Assembly (NCBI GenBank): GCA_947305655.1
Contig: CAMZEA010000001.1
Coordinates: 62,211 to 126,210 of the forward strand
Length of the DNA stretch: 64,000 nucleotides
Reading direction: 5' to 3'
DNA from: an uncultured Candidatus Saccharibacteria bacterium
Lineage (GTDB): Bacteria > Patescibacteriota > Saccharimonadia > Saccharimonadales > Saccharimonadaceae
Below the pieces are notes generated by a model. It saw only the letters and a program-made list of their open reading frames with translations. It made no database searches and was not told the DNA's origin. A program made the position numbers and the translations under genes. This document shows, in pieces, positions 34,616-44,851 of this stretch; position 1 is the first letter of the stretch; each line of letters starts with the position of its first letter.

Positions 34616-34981
34616 TCAATCTTTTTTGCGACCTTTGCGGTACGGCTTGAGCGCTTCTTTGAACTCCTTGACATTGTAGTTATGAGCCGACGCGAATTGT
34701 TCGAGCTGATCTTTTTCGACGTCTCGCAATTTTTCTAACGCTCCCTCGGGCAAAACGTGTTTGTCGTCCTTTTTAACGCAAAGTCCCATAACTTTGTATG
34801 GTGGAATGTCTTTTGCGTTCTTTGTCTGAGAAAGAATGGTTATCGTATCGCTGTCGATTGCGACAATTCTGCAATCTACGAAGAAAATGTTTTGTTTGCG
34901 CAGGGCCTTCGGTAAAAGCCCACGCATAGTGCCGCCGAAATACAAAGTGATTGAGTCGCCTAACTTGAATGCATTTCCCAT
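34616..34981 (-). CDS. Hypothetical protein (121 aa, basic C-terminus)
   Basis: AAGGGAGGT SD 8 nt before the ATG. No motif recognised. Confidence 0.7.
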   Translation of the reverse strand: MGNAFKLGDSITLYFGGTMRGLLPKALRKQNIFFVDCRIVAIDSDTITILSQTKNAKDIPPYKVMGLCVKKDDKHVLPEGALEKLRDVEKDQLEQFASAHNYNVKEFKEALKPYRKGRKKD

Positions 34982-35095
34982 GGTGTGGACCTCCCTTTTC
35001 TGATGCTCTGTCGCTCCTCGAGAAACTGCCCTGATTATAACATGCGGAGTTTATGTTTGATTAAAACATTACACTATGGTAATATATTGGAGTGT

Positions 35096-35171
35096 GGCTC
35101 TGTAGCTCAGTTGGTAGAGCAGAGGCCTGAAGAGCCTTGTGTCGACGGTTCAAGTCCGCCCGGAGCCACCA
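35096..35171 (+). tRNA. tRNA-Phe (anticodon GAA), CCA encoded
   Basis: Acceptor GGCTCTG/CGGAGCC (one G-U pair). D-arm GCTC-AGTTGGTA-GAGC. Anticodon loop CT-GAA-GA. T-loop TTCAAGT, with one A-C mismatch in the T-stem. Confidence 0.85.
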
Positions 35172-35277
35172 AACCGCGATTCGGCGTTTTAGCCGATTTT
35201 TTGTTCATTTACCATGTTTTTCCCAAATTAATAGGCCCGCCATGAAGGCGAGCCCATTTTGTCTTGTTTTGGTCGTT

Positions 35278-35706
35278 TCACTTTGCCCTACGGAAAAACT
35301 CGAAGGCGCATTTTTCTTCGAATTTTTCGCGCTCTTTGTAGTCTTTGAAGAGCCACAAAGGATGGTCGGGGATCGACTCTTCGGTAAATAATACCGGATT
35401 CTTAGATTCAAAGTTATTGTGGATTTTGCGTTCACCGCCATATTCATGGTAGTTCGCTATGATATTGATAGCGATAACGTTTGAACTAATCTTCTTAGAA
35501 TCTCCGTCACACATATGATATAGCTTATCCCACTCTTCTGGCGACAAGTCTATATTCATACGGCCGAACGCCCTTGCTCCGCCGATCTCTTCGAGAAGCA
35601 ATGTTATTGCGACTGCCGCGTTTGGATTATCCTTTGACAAATCGAGTGCAATTTCGTGCCTGTGATCCATAAACCAAAACGCACCTTTATTCCTGTAATT
35701 ATGCAT
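35278..35706 (-). CDS. Hypothetical protein (142 aa)
   Basis: GGGAGGG SD 8 nt before the ATG, with a TGCTATAAT promoter further upstream. No motif recognised. Confidence 0.7.
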   Translation of the reverse strand: MHNYRNKGAFWFMDHRHEIALDLSKDNPNAAVAITLLLEEIGGARAFGRMNIDLSPEEWDKLYHMCDGDSKKISSNVIAINIIANYHEYGGERKIHNNFESKNPVLFTEESIPDHPLWLFKDYKEREKFEEKCAFEFFRRAK

Positions 35707-35894
35707 AATACAGCCCTCCCGTGAATAAGATTTTCGATAGGTTTTTAAAGGTTCATATAGCTATTATAGCATACTTTTGCGGAAAAGTCAATAATGTTTG
35801 TGTTTATTTCTTTGGCTTGCGTCGAGTCTGCCTAATTCGCAGAAATCGTTCTTTTGGCTGTTTTCCCATGCTAAAATTTAATTAAGGAGAGTTT

Positions 35895-36563
35895 ATGAAA
35901 AACATCATCATTACCGGGGGTAGCGACGGACTCGGAAAGACCCTTGCTGAAACGCTATCGAAAGAAAATCGAGTGCTTATTTTGGCGACGAACGAAGCGA
36001 AGCTTCGCGCGGTTGCCGATGCCAATAACTGCGATTACGGCGTGTGTGACGTTACTGATTATGATGCAGTGAAGACCGTCGTTGACGATATGGGCAAAGT
36101 CGACGTCCTTATTAACTGTGCTGGCCTTTGGATTCAGGAAGAACTCGATACTAACGATATCGAACGTATTGAGGCGGTCGTGAATGTCAACTTGCTTGGT
36201 GTCATTAACTGTTCGAAGGCCGTTATCCCTGGTATGAAGAAAAACGGTGGCGGTCTCATTATTAATATCAACTCGCAGGCCGGCATTAATCATAAGGCCG
36301 AGCGCGTTGTCTACAATGCGACGAAGTGGGGCGTGACCGGTTTTACAAAGTCGCTTCAGGATGAGGTCGCGAAGTATGGCATTCGTGTGACCGATGTGAT
36401 GCCCGGTATGATGAAGACTGATATGTTTAAGAAGCTTAATATCGAGAAGAATATGGCTAACGGCGTCGATACGAAGGAAGTTGCGCGCCTCATCCAGTTC
36501 ATTATCGATACGCCAGCCGATGTGATGATTCCGGAAGTCGGCATTAAGAATATCAATAACTAG
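35895..36563 (+). CDS. SDR-family oxidoreductase
   Basis: TGGSDGLGK (TGxxxGxG) and YNATK (YxxxK). AAGGAG SD. Confidence 0.9.
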   Translation: MKNIIITGGSDGLGKTLAETLSKENRVLILATNEAKLRAVADANNCDYGVCDVTDYDAVKTVVDDMGKVDVLINCAGLWIQEELDTNDIERIEAVVNVNLLGVINCSKAVIPGMKKNGGGLIININSQAGINHKAERVVYNATKWGVTGFTKSLQDEVAKYGIRVTDVMPGMMKTDMFKKLNIEKNMANGVDTKEVARLIQFIIDTPADVMIPEVGIKNINN

Positions 36564-36564
36564 T

Positions 36565-37110
36565 ATGGCCGAAGAGTATTTTGACGTCTTGGACGAAAAC
36601 GGCAATCAAACCGGCAAGACTAAGCTGCGCAGCGAGGTTCATCGTGACGGCGATTGGCATAGGTCAGTCCATATTTGGATTTTGAATGAAAAGGGCGATG
36701 TGCTTTTGCAGCGTCGCTGCCCTACTAAGGATAGCAATCCAAATATGTTAGATATTTCGTGCGCCGGTCATTTGACTGCCGGCGACGATTCGCTTACTGG
36801 CGCCGTGCGCGAGCTAAAGGAGGAGCTTGATCTCGATGTCCGTCCGGAAGAGCTGAAATATATTGATACTTTCAGGGTTAGTAAGCACTATACTGAATCT
36901 TTCTTTAACCAGGAGTTTCAGGACATGTATGTTTTATGCACGAGTAAGACCATTGATGAGATGAGATTCCAGAAAAGTGAAATTTCCGAGATTATGTTTG
37001 TGCCCTATAAGAAGTTCAAGGATATGGTTGCGAGCCGTCAGCCAGATCTGCTTATTCACGATGGCGAAATGAAGGCACTTTTTAAGCTTTTTGACCCTAT
37101 TTACGCCTAG
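36565..37110 (+). CDS. NUDIX hydrolase
   Basis: Nudix box GHLTAGDDSLTGAVRELKEELDL. Confidence 0.9.
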   Translation: MAEEYFDVLDENGNQTGKTKLRSEVHRDGDWHRSVHIWILNEKGDVLLQRRCPTKDSNPNMLDISCAGHLTAGDDSLTGAVRELKEELDLDVRPEELKYIDTFRVSKHYTESFFNQEFQDMYVLCTSKTIDEMRFQKSEISEIMFVPYKKFKDMVASRQPDLLIHDGEMKALFKLFDPIYA

Positions 37111-37147
37111 TCGCGTGATACAATTAAAAAAAGGAGGAAAAGTGGAG

Positions 37148-38521
37148 ATGGACGAAAAAATCTTCCAGATTATTGCCGATGAGGAACGCCGTCAAAGCGA
37201 GGGCTTGGAGCTGATTCCGAGCGAAAACTATGTCTCGCCACAGGTGCTCAAAGCGATGGGCTCGGTTCTTACCAACAAATATTCCGAAGGCTACCCTAGC
37301 TTCGAAAACCTAGACGGAACTGATGCCCAGGTCTTGAAGGGCGCCGGTGAGGAAAATTATCGTTATTATGGTGGTCAGGATAATACTGACCGTATCGAGC
37401 GCCTTGCGATTGCGCGTGCACGCAGACTATTTCATGCGGACCATGCAAACGTGCAGCCACATTCTGGCGCACAGGCAAATAATGCCGTCTACAACGCTTG
37501 GCTAAAACCAGGCGATACCGTGCTCGGTATGGATCTCGCTCAGGGCGGCCATCTTACTCACGGTGCGCCGGTGACTCAGAGCGCCCAGATTTACAACTTC
37601 ATTGCTTATGGCACGAACCCAGAGACGGGCGACCTTGATTACGACGAGATTGAGCGCCTTGCGATGGAGCATAAACCGAAGATTATCTTGGTTGGCTACT
37701 CGGCCTTCATGAAGATTCCAGATTTTGACCGTATCGCAAAAATTGGCGCAAAGATTCCTGGCTGTCTTCTTATGGCAGATATGGCGCACGTGGCTGGCCT
37801 CATCGCTGGCGGCGTTCATCCAAACCCGCTCGACCATGGCTTCCATGTTATGACGACTACGACGCATAAGACGCTTCGCGGCCCACGTGGCGGCCTCATC
37901 CTCACGAAGGGTGTCGTGAGTAATCCTTTGAAGAAGGTCGGTCATTCGATTGAAAATATTCCGACGCTCATTGACCGCTCGGTCTTCCCTGGTACGCAGG
38001 GTGGTCCACTTATGCACGTCATTGCGGCAAAGGCGGTATGCTTCTATGAAGCCGGTCTTCCTAGCTTCCGCCGCTATGCACGCCAGGTCGTGAATAATAC
38101 TAAGGTTCTAGCCGCTGAGCTGAAGGACGCTGGTTTTGTTCTAATTGGTGGCGGTTCCGAAAATCACCTTATTCTTATCGATACGATTAAGACTTGCGGT
38201 GTCGATGGCAAGACCTTCGAGAAGCTTTGTGACCGCTGCGGCCTGACGCTCAACGCGAATGCGATTCCAAATGATACCCGCAAGCGTTTCTCTCCATCTG
38301 GTGTCCGCCTTGGTACGCCGGCCATCACGACTCGTGGTATGGGTGAAAATGAAATGCGTATGCTAGCAACTTGCCTTAATGCAATCGCCGATTTCTGCCC
38401 TGGCCGCAACAATGGCGAGTGGCAAGACGTCGACATCATGGGCAAGGTGATTGTCGAGCTCCGCGAGGCCGTGAGATACCTCGGTAAGAAGTTCCCAACT
38501 CCGACCGAAAAGAAAGACTAA
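37148..38521 (+). CDS. glyA: Serine hydroxymethyltransferase
   Basis: LELIPSENYVS and TTTTHKTLRGPRGG (PLP lysine). AAGGAGG SD before ATG 37148. The track start 37091 overlaps the NUDIX gene. Confidence 0.95.
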   Translation: MDEKIFQIIADEERRQSEGLELIPSENYVSPQVLKAMGSVLTNKYSEGYPSFENLDGTDAQVLKGAGEENYRYYGGQDNTDRIERLAIARARRLFHADHANVQPHSGAQANNAVYNAWLKPGDTVLGMDLAQGGHLTHGAPVTQSAQIYNFIAYGTNPETGDLDYDEIERLAMEHKPKIILVGYSAFMKIPDFDRIAKIGAKIPGCLLMADMAHVAGLIAGGVHPNPLDHGFHVMTTTTHKTLRGPRGGLILTKGVVSNPLKKVGHSIENIPTLIDRSVFPGTQGGPLMHVIAAKAVCFYEAGLPSFRRYARQVVNNTKVLAAELKDAGFVLIGGGSENHLILIDTIKTCGVDGKTFEKLCDRCGLTLNANAIPNDTRKRFSPSGVRLGTPAITTRGMGENEMRMLATCLNAIADFCPGRNNGEWQDVDIMGKVIVELREAVRYLGKKFPTPTEKKD

Positions 38522-38522
38522 T

Positions 38523-38557
38523 AAAAAAAGAACCGGTGTTAAAACCGGTTCTTTTTT
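38523..38557. terminator. Bidirectional terminator (glyA and recR)
   Basis: AAAAAAAGAACCGGT-gttaaa-ACCGGTTCTTTTTT. Confidence 0.8.
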
Positions 38558-39161
38558 ATAGCTTCGTGCGATTATTTAGCGCCGAGGTTAAGGTGATTTG
38601 GTCGGCGTATTCGAGCGAGACTCCAAGCGGCAAGCCGCGGGCGAGGCGCGTAATCTTGAGATCCGGATACTTTTCGCGGAGTAATTTATCGATAAGAATG
38701 GCGGTCGATTCGCCTTCGACGGATGGGTTGGTTGCAATAATTATTTCGGTGGCGGAATCTTTCTCTACGCGATCGATAAGCTCGCGGATATGGAGCTGAT
38801 CGGCTGTAATGCCATCCATCGGCGAAATGGCACCGCCGAGCACGTGATAAGTGCCGTGGTAGGCTTTGGTTTGCTCGATGGCGTAGATATCCAGCGGCTC
38901 CTCTACTACGAGAATGGTCGCCTTATCGCGCGCAGGGTCATCGTAGAGTGGCGAAACCTCGTCCGACGCGTCCATGATGGCAAAAGTGACTGGGCAGCTT
39001 TTGACGCCATCGTGAAGCACAGAGAGCGAGGAAGCGATATTCTCCGCAATCGTAGGATCGCTTTTAAGCAAAAAGTAGGCGTAGCGCTCGGCGGTGCGAG
39101 GCCCTACGCCTGGAAGGCGCCCTAAAGCGTCGATAACGTCATTTAGTGCGCTAGGTAGCAT
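38556..39161 (-). CDS. recR: Recombination protein RecR (zinc-finger cysteines absent)
   Basis: HhH LPGVGPRTAERYAYFLL and Toprim IIATNPSVEGESTA. The usual CxxC...CxxC region reads KSCPVTFAIMDASDEVSPLY. Confidence 0.9.
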   Translation of the reverse strand: MLPSALNDVIDALGRLPGVGPRTAERYAYFLLKSDPTIAENIASSLSVLHDGVKSCPVTFAIMDASDEVSPLYDDPARDKATILVVEEPLDIYAIEQTKAYHGTYHVLGGAISPMDGITADQLHIRELIDRVEKDSATEIIIATNPSVEGESTAILIDKLLREKYPDLKITRLARGLPLGVSLEYADQITLTSALNNRTKL

Positions 39162-39163
39162 AA

Positions 39164-39460
39164 TTACATACCAAGGCTGCCGAGAGAGCCCATGAGTGGC
39201 TTCATCTTCTCGGTGGCAATTTCTTGTGCTTTGGCAAAGCCATCGCGCATACAGTTTTCAATCCAACGCTCGAGTTCGCGGATATCGTCGAGGTCGACCT
39301 TCTCTGGGTCAATCGTGACTTTGCGAACCTTGAGCTCGCCGGTAATCTGAACAACAACAGCACCGTCGCCGGCTTCTACTTCTACGATTTCATTCTTGAG
39401 CTCTTTCTGAGCTTTGCGAAGCTGATTAATCATCTTCATCTGGTCCATAGTGGCACCCAT
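39164..39460 (-). CDS. ybaB: YbaB/EbfC-family nucleoid-associated protein
   Basis: MINQLRKAQKELKNE...VEAGDGAVVVQITGELKVRKVTIDPE pattern, located just upstream of recR. Confidence 0.9.
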   Translation of the reverse strand: MGATMDQMKMINQLRKAQKELKNEIVEVEAGDGAVVVQITGELKVRKVTIDPEKVDLDDIRELERWIENCMRDGFAKAQEIATEKMKPLMGSLGSLGM

Positions 39461-39461
39461 A

Positions 39462-40916
39462 TTATTCTTCTCCCTTTTCAGTAACTAATGAGTATATATA
39501 TAGTCTATCAGAATTTCGAGTGTTTGGCGACGCGATTATCTGTTTGAGTGCGTATTTTTCGCTATATACTGGCGAAAAGCTTGCGATTTGGTCCGTCTTG
39601 GCGTTCTCTGGCTTATCCGTGGTTTGATAATTGTCATATTTCTCGAGCAAACTAAAGAAGGCATTGTTTTGGTGCGATTCGCCGAGAATGATGACTGTGT
39701 CTTTTGAAATGTTTTCTTTTACGATGGTCAGATCGTTGTTGAAATTGTTTACTACGCGCGGAATATAGTGATAGCCAAAGATAAAGTGAGAGAGGCCGGA
39801 GCTAATGATGAAAATCATAACGGCCACCATCGGGATGATACCTAGCAGGTGTGCGTATGGGTTTTCTGGGAATAGCGAGTACCATTTCTCGATGATGGAT
39901 TCGATGCCGGCGGCGCTTAGGATTGCAATTGGGATAATGATAGAAATTGCTACATCTTGGCTTAGGCCGGAGAGAATAATCGAGAAGATAACGAGCAAGC
40001 TGACGATCGTGTTCCTGGACATGAACATTTTGCCGGCCGAGGCTAGAATGCCGATAATGACAAGCGCGACGGTCGCGAGGCCGAAGAGCGGCGCTAGATA
40101 TACGCTGCTATATGCAAGACTGAAACTGAAGAATGGTGCAAATGCGTTCGTAATGTTTGCGATGAAACTTTCGAAGCTGAGGCTATTCGTAAAGAGGAGA
40201 TTTTGCAATGCGCTTGGATTCAATATACAGCCAATTACGAGCGGTGCGATGCCCAGCGCAAAAATAAGGATACATAGGATTAGCTGATAAACTTTGAGCT
40301 GCTTGAGTGCAAAACGAAGGTGCGGGTGAATGAGGCCGGCGACTGCGATTGCGAGCGCGACGTACGCTAGATATGGCGTATAGAGCGAGAGCGAAATACT
40401 GACGAAAAAGAATATCACGAGCAGTGGATTAACGTTTTCGTTTCCGACTATCTTCGAACCGAGCCACAAAATGAGCGCGAGCCAGAATATGTACATAATA
40501 GCTGGCGTGCCGCTAGTTGCGAGGAACAAGAATGCGGTCGATAAAACCGTCAGTATAGAGCCCACGATTGCGACGTCGGATTTAAACCAGCGGTTGAGCA
40601 AGAGAATAATGAATGCGGCGGTTGCTACGGCGATAATCATTGACGGCAATTTGATTGCGAATAAGTTCAGCCCAAAGATTGCTAGACTGCCTTTTTGTAG
40701 CGCAGCATAAGGAAGGTTTATGATATTTCCCTGCCTCATAAAGTCGGAGCTAAGGTTGCTTGCCTGGACGGTAGAATTCATTTCGGCGTCAGAGAGTCCA
40801 GTCGGTGCAACGCCCGGCAGAGACGCGAGCAAAATGAAGAACGCTACAGAAAGTAGGATATAGCCAATAATGAAGCGATATCTATACAAAAAGAATTGTT
40901 CTACGTGTTTTTTCAC
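39462..40916 (-). CDS. Multi-pass membrane protein, ArnT/PMT (GT-C)-like glycosyltransferase
   Basis: About 12 TMs plus a C-terminal soluble domain. Start set at GTG 40916 by TGCTATAAT-N7-GTG. Confidence 0.55.
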   Translation of the reverse strand: MKKHVEQFFLYRYRFIIGYILLSVAFFILLASLPGVAPTGLSDAEMNSTVQASNLSSDFMRQGNIINLPYAALQKGSLAIFGLNLFAIKLPSMIIAVATAAFIILLLNRWFKSDVAIVGSILTVLSTAFLFLATSGTPAIMYIFWLALILWLGSKIVGNENVNPLLVIFFFVSISLSLYTPYLAYVALAIAVAGLIHPHLRFALKQLKVYQLILCILIFALGIAPLVIGCILNPSALQNLLFTNSLSFESFIANITNAFAPFFSFSLAYSSVYLAPLFGLATVALVIIGILASAGKMFMSRNTIVSLLVIFSIILSGLSQDVAISIIIPIAILSAAGIESIIEKWYSLFPENPYAHLLGIIPMVAVMIFIISSGLSHFIFGYHYIPRVVNNFNNDLTIVKENISKDTVIILGESHQNNAFFSLLEKYDNYQTTDKPENAKTDQIASFSPVYSEKYALKQIIASPNTRNSDRLYIYSLVTEKGEE

Positions 40917-40949
40917 TGTGATTATTATAGCATAACCAACAAGACGCAA

Positions 40950-42296
40950 CTAGTCGTGCTTTGTGTCGAGCGACATGAAGCGAACGTGTTCCTTGTCGAA
41001 GAAGAGTTCGATATTTGCAGTGGCGCCGCGGCGGTGCTTGGCGATAACGAGGTCGGCGATGTTCTGGCGGTCAGTTTCTTTGTCGTAGTAGTCTTCGCGG
41101 TGGATGAACATGACGATATCTGCATCCTGCTCAATAGAACCAGATTCGCGGAGGTCGGAGAGGACCGGAATCTTGCTATCGCGCGTATCGACGCCGCGGT
41201 TGAGCTGTGACAATGCGATGACCGGCACGTTAAGTTCGCGAGCAATTAACTTGAGACCGCGAGAAATTTCGGAGACTTCCTGTACGCGGTTTTCGGAGCT
41301 GCGTGAGGAGCTGCCTTGCATGAGCTGGAGGTAGTCTACGACGATGAGACCGAGATCGTGCTCGTGTGCGACGCGGCGGGCCTTGGTGCGCATCTCCATC
41401 ACGTTCATGCCGGCTTTATCGTCGATGAAGATTTGGTCCTCAGAGAGTTCACTCATGCCGTCAGAGATTCGAGCGAAGTCGTCGTCGGTAAGATTGCCGG
41501 TGGAAATATTAAACGAGTTAACGCCGGAAGCATCAGAAAGCATGCGGTTTGCGAGCTGGTCGCGGCTCATCTCTAGCGAGAAGATGAGGACGGCCTTTTT
41601 GTTGATGGTCGCAACGTTACGTGCGAAGTTCAAAGCAAGTGCGGTCTTACCCATGGCTGGGCGTGCGGCGAGGATGATGAGGTCGGAGCGATGGAAGCCG
41701 GCCGTAACGCGGTCAAGGTCTGGGTAGCCAGTCTTGAGGCCTGCGATTGAGCCCTTGTTCTCGTGCAATTGCTCGAGGCGATCAAAGGCGGATGAAAGTA
41801 AATCGGCGAGCGCGATGGCGTCGGTCTTGATATTCTTGTCCGAGACGTCAAAGAGGACTTTTTCAGCCTCGCTCATAACGGCTTCGGCGTCGTCGCTTTC
41901 GTTGTAGGCTTCTTCGGTGATTTTAGTTGCGGCGTTGATGAGGCGGCGGCGAATTGCTTTTTCGTGGATAATCTTTGCATAATCGACGGAGTGCGCGGCA
42001 GTTGGCGTATAGTTACTGAGTTCGGAGAGATAGGCGGAACCGCCGGCTTTTTCAACGAGCTTCTTGGACTTTAATTCGTTGCGAACCGTGATAAGGTCGA
42101 CCGAGCGGCGATGTTCGTAAAGCGACCAAATTGCGGTCGCGATGAGGCGATGGCGTTCGTCGTAGAAGTCATTTGGCGAAACAATTTCGACAACATCAGA
42201 AAGGACTTCTTCGGAAATGAGAATAGCGCCGAGTAATGATTTTTCGGCTTCTAGGTTTTGTGGCGTTACGCGCCCGGTTTCTTTTTCGTTACTCAT
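40950..42296 (-). CDS. dnaB: Replicative DNA helicase
   Basis: ARPAMGKTALALN Walker A, IVVDYLQLM Walker B, ALSQLNRGV. Confidence 0.95.
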   Translation of the reverse strand: MSNEKETGRVTPQNLEAEKSLLGAILISEEVLSDVVEIVSPNDFYDERHRLIATAIWSLYEHRRSVDLITVRNELKSKKLVEKAGGSAYLSELSNYTPTAAHSVDYAKIIHEKAIRRRLINAATKITEEAYNESDDAEAVMSEAEKVLFDVSDKNIKTDAIALADLLSSAFDRLEQLHENKGSIAGLKTGYPDLDRVTAGFHRSDLIILAARPAMGKTALALNFARNVATINKKAVLIFSLEMSRDQLANRMLSDASGVNSFNISTGNLTDDDFARISDGMSELSEDQIFIDDKAGMNVMEMRTKARRVAHEHDLGLIVVDYLQLMQGSSSRSSENRVQEVSEISRGLKLIARELNVPVIALSQLNRGVDTRDSKIPVLSDLRESGSIEQDADIVMFIHREDYYDKETDRQNIADLVIAKHRRGATANIELFFDKEHVRFMSLDTKHD

Positions 42297-43653
42297 CTAT
42301 TTCGATTTCCTCTCCCCCACCTATTGCATCCATAATATTCGCGATATCCGGATCAACCGCAAGTGGCTGATCGCTTATTAATATTGTATATGATTCTGGT
42401 AGAACCGATGTAATTAATGAGCGTTTTGCGTCGAGACGTTTGCGAATGAAGGCGTTTGTGGCGTGGATTTCGAAGGTCGTTCCGTTGAGATAAAAGTGTG
42501 CTTTTTCGAAGTTGCTGAGCTCCATCGGGGCGTTCTGGCGGACATTTTCGAGAACTTTTTGCCAGATTTCTTCGCCGGAGCTGCCATCGGCTACGACGGT
42601 GACTTTTGGCTGCTCTTTGGCTGGTTCCGGTTCTGGTTTTGGCTCAGCTTTTAGCGTTTTTTCCGGTTTCGAGGCGGCCGCTTTTTGCACTGGTGTGGCG
42701 GCCATAATTGGGCGCGGGACTACTGTTTGCTCGCGATAGAAAGCGAGGAGCAGTTTTGCGTTTGGATGCGCGTTGCGGCTCACGTCGGTGAGTTTGTCGA
42801 GTAGCGGTAAATAGACGGCTTCTGGTTTTTCGAGAATGCGGTCGATGAGCTCAGCGGCAATTATCTCGGCTTTGATACCAGAATCGAGGAGCTCCTGGAG
42901 GGTTTGGTTGATAGTTGCACTATCGGAGCTGGCGTAGGCGCTCAATAGTTTTTCAACGAGTTCGTCTTGTGGTAGACCGAGTGATTGGTTAAGTAACTCG
43001 GCGGTGATTTTCCCGTCGGTTAAGGTCGAGACTTGGTCGAGCAGCGACAATGAATCGCGGAATGAGCCGCCGCCGCGTTTGACGACAATTTTTAGCGCTT
43101 CGTCGTCAATATCGATCTTTTCTTTTTTGCAGATATTTTTCAGATGATCAAGCATTGTGCCTGGGTCGGCAAGCTTGAATGTGAAGACTTGGCTACGCGA
43201 AGTAATGGTAACAGGCACCTTGTGTGCGTCGGTTGTCGCCATGATGAAAATGACGTGTTCTGGCGGCTCCTCGAGTGTCTTTAGTAGCGCATTGAATGCG
43301 GACTTGCTGAGCATATGAACTTCGTCGATGATGTAGACTTTGTATTTGCCTTTGGTCGGAGCAATAATAGCGCGTTCTTTGAGGTCGCGAATATTGTCGA
43401 CGCCGGTATTGCTGGCGGCATCGATCTCGATGATGTCGAGATAATCGTCTTCGAGTTCGTATTTAAAACCGTTAATTTCGTGGGCGAGAATGCGGGCGAC
43501 AGACGTTTTGCCGGTGCCGCGTGGGCCGATGAAAAGGTAGGCGTGGGCAATTTTGCCATTTTTGATGGAATGGGAAAGAATGTCTGTGATTTGCGGTTGT
43601 CCAATAACCTCATCCAGACTGCGTGGTCGATACCTCCTGTACAACGCCTTCAT
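42289..43653 (-). CDS. dnaX: DNA polymerase III subunit gamma/tau
   Basis: GPRGTGKTS, IIDEVHMLS, TSRSQVF. Start set at ATG 43653 by GGTATAAT-N6-ATG. Confidence 0.95.
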   Translation of the reverse strand: MKALYRRYRPRSLDEVIGQPQITDILSHSIKNGKIAHAYLFIGPRGTGKTSVARILAHEINGFKYELEDDYLDIIEIDAASNTGVDNIRDLKERAIIAPTKGKYKVYIIDEVHMLSKSAFNALLKTLEEPPEHVIFIMATTDAHKVPVTITSRSQVFTFKLADPGTMLDHLKNICKKEKIDIDDEALKIVVKRGGGSFRDSLSLLDQVSTLTDGKITAELLNQSLGLPQDELVEKLLSAYASSDSATINQTLQELLDSGIKAEIIAAELIDRILEKPEAVYLPLLDKLTDVSRNAHPNAKLLLAFYREQTVVPRPIMAATPVQKAAASKPEKTLKAEPKPEPEPAKEQPKVTVVADGSSGEEIWQKVLENVRQNAPMELSNFEKAHFYLNGTTFEIHATNAFIRKRLDAKRSLITSVLPESYTILISDQPLAVDPDIANIMDAIGGGEEIEIDE

Positions 43654-43710
43654 ACTTTTATTATACCTCAAAAAAAGAGTATCTCCCCGCTGATACTCTT
43701 TAATGTCGAA

Positions 43711-44406
43711 CTATTTCTTCTTAGCCGGCTTTTCAATGTCATAGCTGGCATTGAGGAGCTTGTAGGCGCAAGCCGCCGCGGCTGCACCAGCGAGCGGAGC
43801 GACAATGAAGACCCAGACTTGCTTGAGTGCTTCGCCGCCAACGATTACTGCTGGAGCGAGGGAGCGCGCTGGATTAACGGACGTGCCAGTAAGAGCGATG
43901 CCGACCATATGCACGAAGGCGAGCGTCAAGGCGATGATGATGCCGGCAATGTTGCTATGCTCTTTGCGCGCGGTGACGTTTAGGATTACGTAGACAAAGA
44001 CGAAGGTCAGGATGATTTCGACAAGGATTGCGCCGACCATGCTGATATTGGTGCCACTGAGCGCGCCAAAGCCGTTTTCGCCGAGATGCTTAGTGCCAAG
44101 CTCGGTCGTGCTGAGGATTGCATAGAGTAAACCTGAACCTGCAAAGGCGCCAGCAATTTGGGCAACTACGTAGCCGCAGAAGTCCTTGAGGCTGAGTTTG
44201 CCATTAATGAGCATGGCGAGAGAAACGGCCGGGTTGACATGGCAGCCCGAGATCTTGCCAATTGTGTATGCGCCGACGACGATCGAAAAACCGAAGACGA
44301 GCGAGATGAGGAGGATGTTGCCCGTGAGGACAGCAGACCCGCAGCCGAAGAGCACCAAAATGCCTGTGCCCATAAACTCGGCAATATATTTTTTAAATTG
44401 TTGCAT
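43711..44406 (-). CDS. aqpZ: MIP-family aquaporin
   Basis: Two NPA boxes (HVNPAVS, SVNPARS) and six TMs. Confidence 0.9.
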   Translation of the reverse strand: MQQFKKYIAEFMGTGILVLFGCGSAVLTGNILLISLVFGFSIVVGAYTIGKISGCHVNPAVSLAMLINGKLSLKDFCGYVVAQIAGAFAGSGLLYAILSTTELGTKHLGENGFGALSGTNISMVGAILVEIILTFVFVYVILNVTARKEHSNIAGIIIALTLAFVHMVGIALTGTSVNPARSLAPAVIVGGEALKQVWVFIVAPLAGAAAAACAYKLLNASYDIEKPAKKK

Positions 44407-44496
44407 AGAGTTTCCCTTTCAGGTTAATATTACTTTCATTTTACCATAAGGGCTTTGATTTTTTACAAGAGATGTGCTAGAGTAAAAGAGTAATTT

Positions 44497-44817
44497 ATGG
44501 CTAAAACAAAAATATCGATTAAAAAACGACGTCAAATTTTGCGCGACCTGAGTATTTTCTTTACGGCGCTTTCTTCTATTTTGGTGTTTTTTGAGCTATG
44601 CTTAGCCCTACGCGGCAACTGGGATGACCTAAATATGGGCGCCGTGTTCGTTGCGCCGTTATTTGCCGCAATCGGAATGATGTTAGCGATTCTTAATATC
44701 GTTCGCTGCCGTGCGAGGTCGAAAGAAATTATTTGGGCGCTTGCAATGGTTGCTCTTTCTGCCCTATTCTTTTGTTTTGTAATGCTCTATACGTCGATAA
44801 AAATTACGCATATTTAA
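44497..44817 (+). CDS. Hypothetical small membrane protein (106 aa)
   Basis: Basic N-terminus followed by three hydrophobic helices. Terminator follows. Confidence 0.6.
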   Translation: MAKTKISIKKRRQILRDLSIFFTALSSILVFFELCLALRGNWDDLNMGAVFVAPLFAAIGMMLAILNIVRCRARSKEIIWALAMVALSALFFCFVMLYTSIKITHI

Positions 44818-44822
44818 GCAAC

Positions 44823-44851
44823 AAAAAACCGCCCTTCCGGGCGGATTTTTT
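44823..44851. terminator. Bidirectional terminator
   Basis: AAAAAACCGCCC-ttcc-GGGCGGATTTTTT. Confidence 0.8.
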
